Assembly (NCBI GenBank): GCA_963682125.1 | Contig: OY821640.1 | Coordinates: forward strand, 1,833,669-1,897,668 | Source of the DNA: Methyloprofundus sp. | Lineage (GTDB): Bacteria > Pseudomonadota > Gammaproteobacteria > Methylococcales > Methylomonadaceae | DNA length: 64,000 bases | Direction of reading: 5' to 3' | Part shown: positions 1-9,705 of the stretch, piece by piece | Numbering within the stretch: the first letter of the stretch is position 1 | Layout of the letters: every line of letters begins with the position of its first letter | Program-made: the position numbers and the translations under genes | The notes under the pieces: model-generated | Told to the model about the DNA's origin: nothing | What the model saw: the letters and a program-made list of their open reading frames with translations, nothing else | Database searches by the model: none

Positions 1-149
1 GTTAAAATCAGGGCTAAACCATAAAGCGTATGCTATCAATAAAAGACTACTCGGAAATACCAGTTTTTTAATCATTTAAACCTTCTAAATTAGAGTTGGG
101 ACTATAGCGCCTATCAAACGTCAACTAACTTGTCCGGTTCCTTAGGAAC

Positions 150-300
150 GTGCACGAAACAACCTCCCGATTTCTAACTAGTCTTTTTGCACCAGGAAGG
201 CTGTTCTCATTCGTTGCGTAGAATAACTATGCGCCTCATGAGAGCAAACTGCCTAGTACAAAAATCCTGCGTTATAACTTCGGGATGTTATTCCGAGCAC
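150..300. repeat. Palindromic MITE-like element (~150 bp)
   Basis: Imperfect terminal inverted repeats GTGCACGAAACAACCTCCCGA / TCGGGATGTTATTCCGAGCAC enclose a long internal imperfect hairpin (TTTTGCACCAGG...TTCTCAT / ATGAGAG...CCTAGTACAAAA). Confidence 0.5.
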
Positions 301-318
301 CCTCCTTATTTATTTTAC

Positions 319-425
319 TTAAGCTGCTTTACGCCTCGGTTCGTGTAATAAAATATTTTCTATGTATGTATACATTCATCAGCTTTTGGTAGCCTAGCAT
401 TTGATGAAGTCGTTTGTGATTATAA
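319..425 (-). pseudogene. IS3-family transposase C-terminal remnant
   Basis: Minus strand reads YNHKRLHQMLGYQKLMNVY, resembling the integrase-core end motif YNxxRxHxxLxY. A shifted frame ends RKAA*, like the IS3 OrfB end (LKAA*) at 49798. Confidence 0.55.
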
Positions 426-635
426 AATTCATCATTAGGGTAGATGTCCATGGTATTCGATATTTTATGCGCGAATACGTTTTAGAATACCAACCAACAA
501 AGAAGAAAACTCCTCTGGTGACCAGGAAAAACCAGAAACTGGAATAGAATAGGCTCAGTTTCACTCAATCTGAGTAGAATAGGAGAAACAGCTTAAATAA
601 TTTAATTAACAGGCTATCAAGATTTAACCCTCTAC

Positions 636-1079
636 CTAATTTTTCTTAGGAAAAAAAGAATCATCTAATATTTGAGTAATTGAATATGGGTTTTCACCTG
701 GAAATACACTTTTAGATAACCCTGTTTCGCTTCTTGCTTCGCCGACTGCCTGCTTATATGCCATAGGAATCATTCCCTCTATTTTTTGTCTCAGGCTCGG
801 GTTATCTTCAAGTAACGCAAAAAGCTCAAGTCTCTGGTTTGATAAAGTGACTTCCCAGCTAACACTCCTAAAATTGGGCTGATATTCCCACTTTAAAAGG
901 TGCTGCAGTATGCGTTTAAGCCTGCTTCTAAGCTCTGATTTCTCTCTTGCACCCATTATTAATATTTCCTCTTCTAAGTGCTTTAAATCTAACTGATCAA
1001 AGGTTTTACTTTTTAATGCCTGAGCCATCTCTACAGTCCAAGCATAAAAGTCTTTATCATATAATTCTGCTGAGTTCAT
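636..1079 (-). CDS. DUF29 domain-containing protein
   Basis: LYDKDFYAW...DLKHLEEEI..MG..EKSELRSRL..ILQHLLKW motif typical of DUF29. Confidence 0.85.
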   Translation of the reverse strand: MNSAELYDKDFYAWTVEMAQALKSKTFDQLDLKHLEEEILIMGAREKSELRSRLKRILQHLLKWEYQPNFRSVSWEVTLSNQRLELFALLEDNPSLRQKIEGMIPMAYKQAVGEARSETGLSKSVFPGENPYSITQILDDSFFPKKN

Positions 1080-1289
1080 TATTCAAGCTCCAATTATTCT
1101 CTTAAGTATCAGGCTAATAGCAAATAACATTCCAATGATATTTCTTTATGAACGGAGGTTACACACCAATTATTATGAACGAATCACTTATGATTTGTTC
1201 AATTCTACACAGCTCACATTGTATCAGAGGTGTGCGTAATTTATACCCTCTCTAATTTTTATCCTTCTTGGAAAATAATGGAGCAGATT

Positions 1290-1354
1290 AGTGCCTTCCC
1301 TCTATTTAATAACACCTTTAAATACGATCAGTATCTTGATTTCGTTTGGGTATA
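1290..1354 (+). mobile_element. IS630-type right-end remnant with ERIC-like terminus
   Basis: ATCTTGATTTCGTTTGGGTATA is identical to the IS630 terminus at 37778-37799. It is preceded by a short frame FNNTFKIRSVS* resembling the IS630 C-terminus. Confidence 0.6.
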
Positions 1355-1535
1355 GACTCCTTCTGTATTGGAGAAGGTCGATTCTTGACAAGTTGTCAAG
1401 AATAACTTAGTCTAAAAAATCGCTAAATTTAACTAAAGAATAAAAATGCAAGTTGTTCAAGTAGGTCAGTTAAAAAAAGATTTCTCAACTATTTTAAAAG
1501 CAGTTCAAAATAATGATGAAATATTTATTATTGAA

Positions 1536-2651
1536 TTGATGTTACGCACCCTAATGATATTTCCATTAAAATAGTAGGCTATGAAAACACCTGATATTTT
1601 TGACTTATACACCGATTACCTGATCACTTCATTTAGCTATACAACAGCGACAGGATTGTCAGGCTTAGTTGATAATGCGATCAGTCATGACCCAGTCACT
1701 TGGTTTCTTTCTCAACAAGATTTCACCTCTAAAGAGCTTGGGAAGGTGATCAAAAAAACAGTGAGAGAAATTGAAACGGGTGAGGGTGTTTTAATTTTTG
1801 ATGACACCCTCCAAGAAAAGCCACATAGCAAGGAGAACGACCTCATTTGTTGGCATTATGATCATTGTGTTAATCGTTCAGTGAAAGGCATTAACTTGCT
1901 GAATTGCGTGTATTATTCAAAGGAAACAAGCTTGCCTGTTGCTTTTGAATGAGTCAAAAAGCCCCCCCAATTTTGTGACATAAAAACTCAGCGTGAAAAA
2001 AGAAAAAGTGAGGTAACAAAGAATGAACAATGACGTGATATGTTAAAAGTCTGCTGTCAAAACCAGCTTAAATGGCGTTATGCCTTGGCAGATAGCTGGT
2101 TTTCTTCCTCTGAAAATATGAAATATATCCATGCAACCTTAGAAAAACAATTTATTTTTGCTTTAAAAAGCAACCGTTTGATTGCTTTAAACAAAGAAGA
2201 TAAGGCAAAGGGTCGTTATACACGTATTGATTCTATTCAATGGTCAGAAAATCCTGTGCAAGGCTGGGTTAAAGGGCGGGAGTTTCCGGTCATTTTTCAC
2301 CGTCAAGTCTTTACAAACAAAGATGACAGTACAGGGACTCTTTATCTGATCAGTAATGATTTAAGCGCAACGGCAGCCCCCCTTGAAACAATCTACCAAA
2401 AACGGTGGAAAGTAGAGGTCTTTCATAAAAGCATAAAATCAAATACCAGCATGGCAAAATCACCCGCAAGAACAGTGAGAACACAAAGTAACCCTATCTT
2501 CATGTCGCTTTATGCGACTGCTCGATTAGAGATTCTCAGTGCCCAGCAAGGGCTGAACAAGTTCGCTTTAAAATCGAAACTTTATATTAATGCTATTCGA
2601 CAAGCTTTTGATGAATTGCAACAATTAAAGTCGGCTACTGCTTAACATCAG
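1536..2651 (+). mobile_element. IS701-family (ISAba11-like) insertion sequence, copy 1, transposase interrupted by two in-frame TGA
   Basis: ORFs 1581-1952 and 2040-2645 are in one frame with DDE motifs (IFDDTLQEKP, LADSWF, RWKVEVFHKSIK). Termini (C/T)TGATGTTACGCA...TGC(G/T)TAACATCAG. Near-identical copies at 18678 and 51228. Confidence 0.9.
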
Positions 2652-3747
2652 TTAAGCAGTAATGCAATTAAACTTTCATTGCGTGATTTAGCCTGCTTTA
2701 AAGCACTGGCTTTGTTAAATTCATCGTGTAGTTGATTTAAAAAGAGTGGCTCTATTAACTTTAAAATATTGGTTTCGCTGGTGTAATGTGCGCCTAAATT
2801 TCTACGGGCTTTTTTGTGCATGATCGATTGAAACAAACTACCAAATATTGCAGGGCTGATGTCTTTCCAATTAAACAGGCAGCATTGGATCAGCTGCTCG
2901 CGCATATCGCTTGTAAAGCTGGGTAAATCAATACGTTCGTTAAAAAGATGCCCGTTTACATAAGGGAAAGCGTTTAATTCATCGGTTAGGTGTTTATTTC
3001 TTTCGTTTGCTGCTTTATCGAGCACTTGAAACAGTTTATGCAGGTGCATATCGGTATCATTACCGGATTCATCCGTAAATTGCATTAAATACCGAGTAAA
3101 TTGGTGACGGTTAAAAACGCCTGTATCTTCTGCAAATAAGATGAATAATATCCGCACCATAAAAACTTGTAGTTGATGCCCTGTATAACCACTTTGCTCT
3201 AGTGCATCATGTAATGCGCCTAATAATTCAGCGGCTTTTTCATTAAGGTCATACTCAGTAATATCTTCAACTTCATTGCCTTGCATAAAGTCAAATAGAT
3301 GTAGGTTGCTGGGTAATTCATTTAAAGTGAAGGCATAATCTTTATCATCATCGAGGTCATAAAGTCGAAAGTCATTCAAATCACAAACCATGACATAACG
3401 CGGTAGGTCTTGGTCTTTTAGACCTTTAAAGTAGCCAATACCTTGTCGATAGGCTTTATCTAGGTTTTGCCCTGTTGATTTCATTTCAACTAGTAATGTG
3501 TACCGCGCCAAAATAAATCAATCCGCTTGGTTGAGCCTTTTTCTTCTAATTTAACCGCTTGTTCAAAGCTGGCAACACGGCGACGGCTTATGCCAAAGAT
3601 ATTAAAAAAGTCATTCAGAAAACTTTGTGCTTCTGCATTTTCTTTAACGGCATTGTCATAGTCAATAATGAACTGGTGCGCGTTATTTTTAATATCGCGG
3701 TAAGATAAGGTCATGTTGCTTCCTGAAATTAACAAATCATTTTGCAT
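2652..3747 (-). pseudogene. MmeI-like type IIL restriction-modification enzyme, 5' fragment (frameshifted and IS-truncated)
   Basis: ORFs 3490-3747 and 2648-3511 join as ..RIDLFWRGT-LLVEMKS..LDKAY..LPRYV.VCD..; later FPYVNGHLF, W.DISPAIFGSLFQ and RRNLGAHYTSE.NILKLI are MmeI-type motifs. A 2-bp CA duplication shifts the frame, and the gene stops at the IS end before the methyltransferase core. Confidence 0.85.
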
Positions 3748-3892
3748 AAACTAAATTATGCTTATCATATCAGCTTATGAATTAGGAAATCTCACCACCC
3801 AATTAGTGATGGCCTAATCGAAGCTACAAGCTTATTTCACTGTATAATAAAAGTTCAGTTTTATGTATTTCCGTAAACCTTATTAATCATTT

Positions 3893-4774
3893 ATGAGCAC
3901 TGAATTTAAAAGCATTGGTATTTTAGGTAAACATAGCGACCCTAAAATTGCCAAAACCCTAGAAACTCTTTACCAATGTTTAAAATCACAATATAAAATC
4001 ATTGTTGACCCTAGCAGTACTCCTTTAATACCTAATTTTTCGGGGGCAACTCACCCTATCGAAAGTTTAACACAGCATTGCGATGTATTGATTGCTGTTG
4101 GGGGCGACGGAACATTTCTAACTGCCGCTCGTGCAGCGGCAGGTTCAGATATTCCTTTAATCGGCATTAATTTAGGTCGTTTGGGATTTTTAGTTGATAT
4201 TTCTCCTGATGAAGTTATCACTAAAGTGAATGCTATTTTGCAGGGGCAGTATCGCAAAGAGCAGCGTTTTTTATTGCGTACAAAAATCATCCGTAACCAA
4301 CAGGTTATTCATGAAGAAACTGCCGTGAATGAAGTGGTGATTCACCGTTGGATTACACCGAGTATGATCGAACTAAACACCACGATTAATGGTGTATATC
4401 TCAATACCCAGCGCTCAGATGGTTTGATTATATCTACGCCAACAGGTTCGACTGCCTATGCACTTTCTGCAGGCGGCCCTATTATTCACCCATCACTCAA
4501 TGCTTTATTGTTAGTACCGCTAAATCCACACACCTTATCTAACCGCCCTATTGTGATTGATGGCTACTCTGAAATTGAAATTAATTTTGTTAAAACAAAA
4601 GAAGTCAATGCTCAAGTAACCTGCGATCATATCGCCATTCCTGGGGTATTAATTAGTGATACAATTTTAATTAAAAAGGACTCTAAACCCATTACAATTC
4701 TGCACCCTGAAAGCCATGATTTTTTTCACGCTTTACGCCATAAACTTAACTGGAGCAGCGGTTACCCTTCTTAA
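3893..4774 (+). CDS. nadK: NAD kinase
   Basis: GGDGT, GINLGRLGFL, NE and DG.I.STPTGSTAY.LSAGGP motifs; upstream of recN. Confidence 0.95.
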   Translation: MSTEFKSIGILGKHSDPKIAKTLETLYQCLKSQYKIIVDPSSTPLIPNFSGATHPIESLTQHCDVLIAVGGDGTFLTAARAAAGSDIPLIGINLGRLGFLVDISPDEVITKVNAILQGQYRKEQRFLLRTKIIRNQQVIHEETAVNEVVIHRWITPSMIELNTTINGVYLNTQRSDGLIISTPTGSTAYALSAGGPIIHPSLNALLLVPLNPHTLSNRPIVIDGYSEIEINFVKTKEVNAQVTCDHIAIPGVLISDTILIKKDSKPITILHPESHDFFHALRHKLNWSSGYPS

Positions 4775-4789
4775 GCGCCCCCTTTAATT

Positions 4790-6469
4790 ATGCTACAAAA
4801 TATATCCATTCTTAACCTTGCTGTTGTTGATGCTTTAGATTTAAATTTAGAAACGGGCTTATCTGTCTTAACGGGGGAAACTGGTGCTGGAAAATCAATC
4901 CTGTTAACAGCAATTGGCCTTGCTTTAGGTGATAGAGCTGATGCTGCTTATATTCGCCCTGATTGCTCACGCGCTGAAATTAATCTTACTTTTGATTTAA
5001 GTGATGCGCCCGACGCACAAATGTGGCTAGAGAATAATGAATTTGATAACGATGAAAAACAATGTTTGATTCGTCGAACTTTACGCCAAGATGGAAAATC
5101 TAAGGCCTATATTAATGGTCGCCCTGCAACCTTGCAGTCTCTTAAATTATTAAGTTCTCAGCTAATAGAAATTCACGGGCAACATGCGCATTTAACTTTA
5201 TTAGATAATGCAGAACAAAGCCGATTGCTTGATAGTTTCGCTAAAAATTCAGATTTATTAGATGATATTAACCAAGTCTATTTGCAATGGCGTGCTGATT
5301 CACATGAGTTATCCGCACTAATAAAATCATCAACCGAGCAAAGTAACCAAGAAGATTTATTTACTTACCAGCTGAATGAACTACAGGAATTGGATTTAGA
5401 TAATTACGATTATGATGCGCTGATTGCTGAGCATACCAAACTTGCCAATTTAGAAGAAATATTAAACTGCGGACAACAACAATTAGAATTATTGTCTGAT
5501 AATGAACAGCTGTCAGCGAATCAAATAATTAATCAAAGCATTAGTGTGATCAGTGATTTAATTCCTCTCGCAAAAGGTTTAGAGGAACCCAATAGCCTTT
5601 TAATTGAAGCACAAATTCAAATTACTGAAGCCGTTCAGCAGCTACGGCATTTTTTAGAATCACAAGAATTAGATCCACAGCGTTTACAGATTTTAGATGA
5701 GCAAATAGGTATCATCCAAAACCTATCACGCAAACATCATGTAAACCCAGAAGAGTTACCTAATGTTGCAACACAGCTTAAACAAAATCTAGATGGTTTA
5801 AGCCACAGCAGCGAACGTATCGATAGTTTAAAAAGTCTCGTTAAACAACAGACGTTACAATATTTTTCTTTAGCCACAGAACTTACTCTTATTCGCAGCA
5901 AAGCCGCGAAAAAATTATCTCAGCTTATTTCAGATATGATTAAAGAACTAGGTATGCCGCAAGGTGAATTTAGCATTAGCATTGCCCCCCAAGCGATTGA
6001 GCAACCCAAAATTAATGGTGTCGATAAAATTGAATTCTTAGTCAGTGCAAATAAAGGTCTACCATTACGCCCTCTCGCTAAAGTCGCTTCAGGTGGTGAA
6101 TTATCTCGTATTAGCCTCGCTATCCAAGTGACGACTTGCCACGATACTAATGCTCCGACGATGATTTTTGATGAAGTGGATTCAGGAATCGGTGGCGGAA
6201 TTGCTGAGATTGTTGGGCAAAAGTTACGGGCTTTAGGCAACAATACTCAAGTGCTTTGTGTCACTCACTTAGCACAAGTCGCCACCCAAGCGCATCAACA
6301 CTTATTTGTTTATAAAGATAACGACAGTGAAATGACTACCTCTAATGTTAGAACTTTATCAACCGAGCAACGCGTAGAAGAAACAGCAAGAATGCTAGGT
6401 GGAGTCAATATAACTAACTCCACTTTGGCGCATGCAAAAGAAATGTTAATGCAGGGCATTGAGCAGTAA
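4790..6469 (+). CDS. recN: DNA repair protein RecN
   Basis: Walker A GETGAGKS, SGGELSR signature, FDEVDSGIGG, CVTHLAQVA. Confidence 0.95.
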   Translation: MLQNISILNLAVVDALDLNLETGLSVLTGETGAGKSILLTAIGLALGDRADAAYIRPDCSRAEINLTFDLSDAPDAQMWLENNEFDNDEKQCLIRRTLRQDGKSKAYINGRPATLQSLKLLSSQLIEIHGQHAHLTLLDNAEQSRLLDSFAKNSDLLDDINQVYLQWRADSHELSALIKSSTEQSNQEDLFTYQLNELQELDLDNYDYDALIAEHTKLANLEEILNCGQQQLELLSDNEQLSANQIINQSISVISDLIPLAKGLEEPNSLLIEAQIQITEAVQQLRHFLESQELDPQRLQILDEQIGIIQNLSRKHHVNPEELPNVATQLKQNLDGLSHSSERIDSLKSLVKQQTLQYFSLATELTLIRSKAAKKLSQLISDMIKELGMPQGEFSISIAPQAIEQPKINGVDKIEFLVSANKGLPLRPLAKVASGGELSRISLAIQVTTCHDTNAPTMIFDEVDSGIGGGIAEIVGQKLRALGNNTQVLCVTHLAQVATQAHQHLFVYKDNDSEMTTSNVRTLSTEQRVEETARMLGGVNITNSTLAHAKEMLMQGIEQ

Positions 6470-6471
6470 AA

Positions 6472-7440
6472 CTATGTTTTAAATTGTATTTTCATCGCAG
6501 AAATAAATTCATTGAGTTGGCCTTTAGCAAGCGCATTAATACCCGCTGCAGCTTTTCTACCGCCACCCGTTGGAAATTGACTAGCTAATTCATCTGCACC
6601 CATTTTGCGGTTGAGTGGCGCACGTATACTCACTAAATAATGCTCTGCATCTTTTTCAGTTAATATTGCATGTGCTCTATCGGGATAACGATTTGCTAGT
6701 TCATTTGCCCAAACACCACTAACGCGTCGCGCCCATTTTTCATTGGGAAATTCAATAACAGCAATATCATCATCACTTTCTATCAATGGCATCGCCGCGG
6801 CTTTACTCATATCTTCACTATAGCCTTTTGATAAAGTTTTAAATGTCTCTAAATCTTGCTCAACAAACTCAAAGGGAGTATCAAATAAGCTTAACTTCTT
6901 ATATAACTCAGCCGGCGCAAAAAAAAAATCATCCAGACTTGCACCATAACCGTTGTAATTAAGCAATGTTCCTAGCTGCTTTAATAGCTCTATTTCAACG
7001 TCTTTATAACCTGCTTCTAAAGCCAGACTACGTGCTTTAGAAGTTAAGTTATCGCCAAAAGCTGCGGTAATTGCCCATGCAAGATATTTCCCTTGTAACT
7101 GTTCATTAACAATTAAAGAGGTACAAGTATCTGCAGATAAGTCTATATGCGTCTGTAAATTATCATGCTTAATTAAATCACCTGTTTTATGGTGATCAAA
7201 ATAGCTGATATTCGCGCCTTGCTCTAGCAATCGAGCAACATCTTGGGCATTTTTTTCAAAGGAAATATCTAAAACAGTAATTTGTGTGTTTTTACCATCT
7301 GCAATATTCTTTAATAAAGAAATATCACGCTTAACACCCGTTACCAAGGTTGATTCTTTCGGCGACTGCCGTCTTAACTGTACTAAAGCACACAAGCCGT
7401 CTGCATCGCCATTAAAAACATCAATATTTTGCTCTATCAT
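6472..7440 (-). CDS. DHH-family phosphoesterase
   Basis: DVFNGDADG, VLDIS, YFDHH motifs and C-terminal GGGRKAAAGIN (DHHA1-like). Confidence 0.8.
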   Translation of the reverse strand: MIEQNIDVFNGDADGLCALVQLRRQSPKESTLVTGVKRDISLLKNIADGKNTQITVLDISFEKNAQDVARLLEQGANISYFDHHKTGDLIKHDNLQTHIDLSADTCTSLIVNEQLQGKYLAWAITAAFGDNLTSKARSLALEAGYKDVEIELLKQLGTLLNYNGYGASLDDFFFAPAELYKKLSLFDTPFEFVEQDLETFKTLSKGYSEDMSKAAAMPLIESDDDIAVIEFPNEKWARRVSGVWANELANRYPDRAHAILTEKDAEHYLVSIRAPLNRKMGADELASQFPTGGGRKAAAGINALAKGQLNEFISAMKIQFKT

Positions 7441-7441
7441 T

Positions 7442-8041
7442 TTAATTAATAATTTTGTTATCTTTTAAATAAATGATGATTTTATCAGCACACTCTTCAA
7501 TACTCAGTTCAGCTGTATTAATGATAAGCTCAGGATTTTTAGGTATTTCGTATTCTGAATCTATCCCGGTAAAATTTTTAATTTGTCCACTGCGTGCTTT
7601 TTTATATAGCCCTTTAGGGTCACGCTGTTCACACACTTCCAATGAAGTATCCATATAGACTTCAACAAACTCATGCTGCTGCACTAAATCTTTTACTAAC
7701 TGACGATCCGCTTTAAAAGGAGAGATAAAAGCTGTCATTACCAACAAACCTGCATCAATCATTAATTTAGATAGCTCTCCAATCCGACGAATATTTTCTA
7801 CTCGATCCTCATTTGAAAAAGCTAAATCTTTATTCAAACCATGGCGTACATTATCACCATCTAATAGATAGGTATGATGTCCTAATTCAAATAACTTTTG
7901 CTCGACAGCGCTAGAAATAGTCGATTTACCTGAACCACTTAAACCTGTAAACCAAAGAATGCAGGGGCGTTGTTTTTTTTGTTTAGAGCGCTCATCTTTT
8001 GTGACATTATGTTGATGCCAGACTATATTTTCATTTGCCAT
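7442..8041 (-). CDS. cysC: Adenylyl-sulfate kinase
   Basis: [46 protein letters not shown]. Confidence 0.95.
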   Translation of the reverse strand: MANENIVWHQHNVTKDERSKQKKQRPCILWFTGLSGSGKSTISSAVEQKLFELGHHTYLLDGDNVRHGLNKDLAFSNEDRVENIRRIGELSKLMIDAGLLVMTAFISPFKADRQLVKDLVQQHEFVEVYMDTSLEVCEQRDPKGLYKKARSGQIKNFTGIDSEYEIPKNPELIINTAELSIEECADKIIIYLKDNKIIN

Positions 8042-8058
8042 AATTATTTTTTAAATAA

Positions 8059-8234
8059 CTGATGTTACGCACCCAATGCCACCGTAGGGCTGCCCCTTGT
8101 GGCTACCCGCATATCACAGCGTTAAAGGGTAGCCGTTGTTGGTGGATGTTGTGTCCATTCTGGGCAACCACAAGGGATTGCCCCTACAATGACAACTCAC
8201 ATCTTAGAATATTGTTACTTATGCGTAACATCAG
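8059..8234 (+). mobile_element. REP-doublet MITE (family A) with IS701-type termini
   Basis: TIR CTGATGTTACGCA / TGCGTAACATCAG; internal inverted GTAGGG..CCCTTGTGG..CCC pair; flanked by direct repeat TTAAATAA. Confidence 0.9.
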
Positions 8235-8343
8235 TTAAATAAGGATTGATAAATTAGAGTATATTTTAGCTTAAGAAACATACACTAGAACTAGTGGCAA
8301 GTATATACTGCTAACTATTAATATAAATAATTCTGAGGCGATT

Positions 8344-8984
8344 ATGGCTTTATTTGATGGCTTACAACGACAATTACGCTCTGTTATTGATAGGCGCGCC
8401 ACCACGTGGCTCGCCTAAAGATTTTGGGACTCCTGTCGCAAAAATCAATTCGCCACGCGGCGAATCAATAATGCCCCGATACGCCCTGCGTTCGGATCAA
8501 CTACGCACAAAAGCTGCTTCGTTAATCCTACCTCAAATGGCTCTACGGCTCTCCGGGATAAAATTTTTACCTCCTGAGCGAACTTACAGTTCACTTCAGA
8601 TTGGTAAATTTCCCTTCGCCTATCGCGGACTAAAAATCACCCCTGATTTTCAGCGGATGAAGATACTCTAAGGCACATTAATCGTATTTCTGATTTAATT
8701 GCCGAGTCTCATGCAGCTAAAGCTGTCGGTTTAGACTATGCAAAAATACAGCAATTGGAAGCCATGCGTGAAGCAGCTAGAAATGAAGGTGGCGGTGCAG
8801 GGCTTGGGTCAATTAATGGCTCAATCAATTAACTCTCCTACGCCGCCCCCAACCACAGCAACTAAACAATCCAGTGATGACTTAATGGCAAAACTTATCC
8901 AGCTAAAAAAAATGTTTGCTGCCGGAGCTGATTACCGAACAAGAGTACGCAGCTAAAAAACAAAGCATTTTGGACAAAATGTAA
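8344..8984 (+). pseudogene. SPFH-domain/SHOCT protein remnant (central part lost, frameshifts)
   Basis: ATG 8344 gives MALFDGLQRQLRSVI, then the repeat 8391-8655, then DEDTLRHINRISDL..QQLEAMREAARNEGGGAG. A frameshifted SHOCT-like end follows: DDLMAKL.QLKKMF..G/LITEQEYAAKKQSILDKM*. Confidence 0.65.
8391..8655 (+). mobile_element. Diverged copy of the 283-bp TIR-less element (family R)
   Basis: Starts TAGGCGCGCC and ends CCCTGATTTTCAGCG like the copies at 20837, 38853 and 50346; shares internal blocks CAACTACGCA, CTGCTTCGTTAA, CTACCTCAAATG, CAGTTCACTTC. Confidence 0.8.
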
Positions 8985-8985
8985 T

Positions 8986-9645
8986 ATGGCACGCTGTAAA
9001 TCATGCTCAGCACCTTTATTGGCAAACATAAATCGCTGCCAATACTGTAATGTGCATAACGATGTAGATTTACGGGGGAAGCATAAATATAGTGTCACGG
9101 CACAGCAATCCGAGCGCATCTGCCCGCACTGCGGGACTCCATTACAAAGCATTAAATTACAAATGCAGGGTGATTTCGAAATAGAACGCTGCAAAACCTG
9201 CTTTGGTTTATTTTTTGATCCCGGTGAAATAGAAAGTTTATTAGATAACAGCGTGACAAATGTTGCAGATATTAATCTAAAACTCATTAAAAACATTAAT
9301 AAAGACCGCTATCAAGGTCACCGTGGTGTTAAGTATGTTAAATGCCCTTGCTGTCGAATTTTAATGAACCGTATTAACTTCGGTCATCGTAGTGGCGTTA
9401 TTCTTGATCATTGTTCCAAACATGGTGTTTGGGTTGATAGCGGTGAAATAACGCATTTAATGGAGTGGAAAAAAGCTGGGGGTGCATTATTAAATGCGCA
9501 GAACCAAGAGCAAATCAAACAAAAAACTAAAACACCTCACCCTTCAACTTCATATAACAGAAAAAGTAACTACCTCAACAGTCGCATGGCTGAGCCAGAT
9601 TTAATTAGCGATATTTCTTCCTTAATTTTCAAGTTATTTGGTTAA
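8986..9645 (+). CDS. zf-TFIIB-type multi-zinc-ribbon protein
   Basis: CxxC pairs; CPHC..IERCKTCFGLFFDPGE and CPCC..LDHCSKHGVWVDSGE repeats. Confidence 0.75.
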   Translation: MARCKSCSAPLLANINRCQYCNVHNDVDLRGKHKYSVTAQQSERICPHCGTPLQSIKLQMQGDFEIERCKTCFGLFFDPGEIESLLDNSVTNVADINLKLIKNINKDRYQGHRGVKYVKCPCCRILMNRINFGHRSGVILDHCSKHGVWVDSGEITHLMEWKKAGGALLNAQNQEQIKQKTKTPHPSTSYNRKSNYLNSRMAEPDLISDISSLIFKLFG

Positions 9646-9705
9646 AATGACAGTATTACAGTTCCCTTTTAAATGAAGCACTTCCAAGTTACCTAAGTTA
9701 TTTCA

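Noticed and set aside
441-545. Coding-like fragment DVHGIRYFMREYVLEYQPTKKK.. as a transposase tail
   Set aside because: I cannot assign it to a family from sequence alone.
1950-2033. UGA reassignment or selenocysteine to explain the in-frame TGA codons in IS701
   Set aside because: Ordinary genes here (e.g. hflX, ftsE) end in TGA, the positions do not correspond to Trp or Cys, and I saw no SECIS-like context.
8354-8671. ORFs of about 85-120 aa inside family-R copies (8354, 20812, 38804, 50375) as a conserved protein
   Set aside because: Start codons differ and lie in flanks, and the two subfamilies differ by frame-breaking indels (1 nt and 20 nt). Conservation looks nucleotide- or structure-based.
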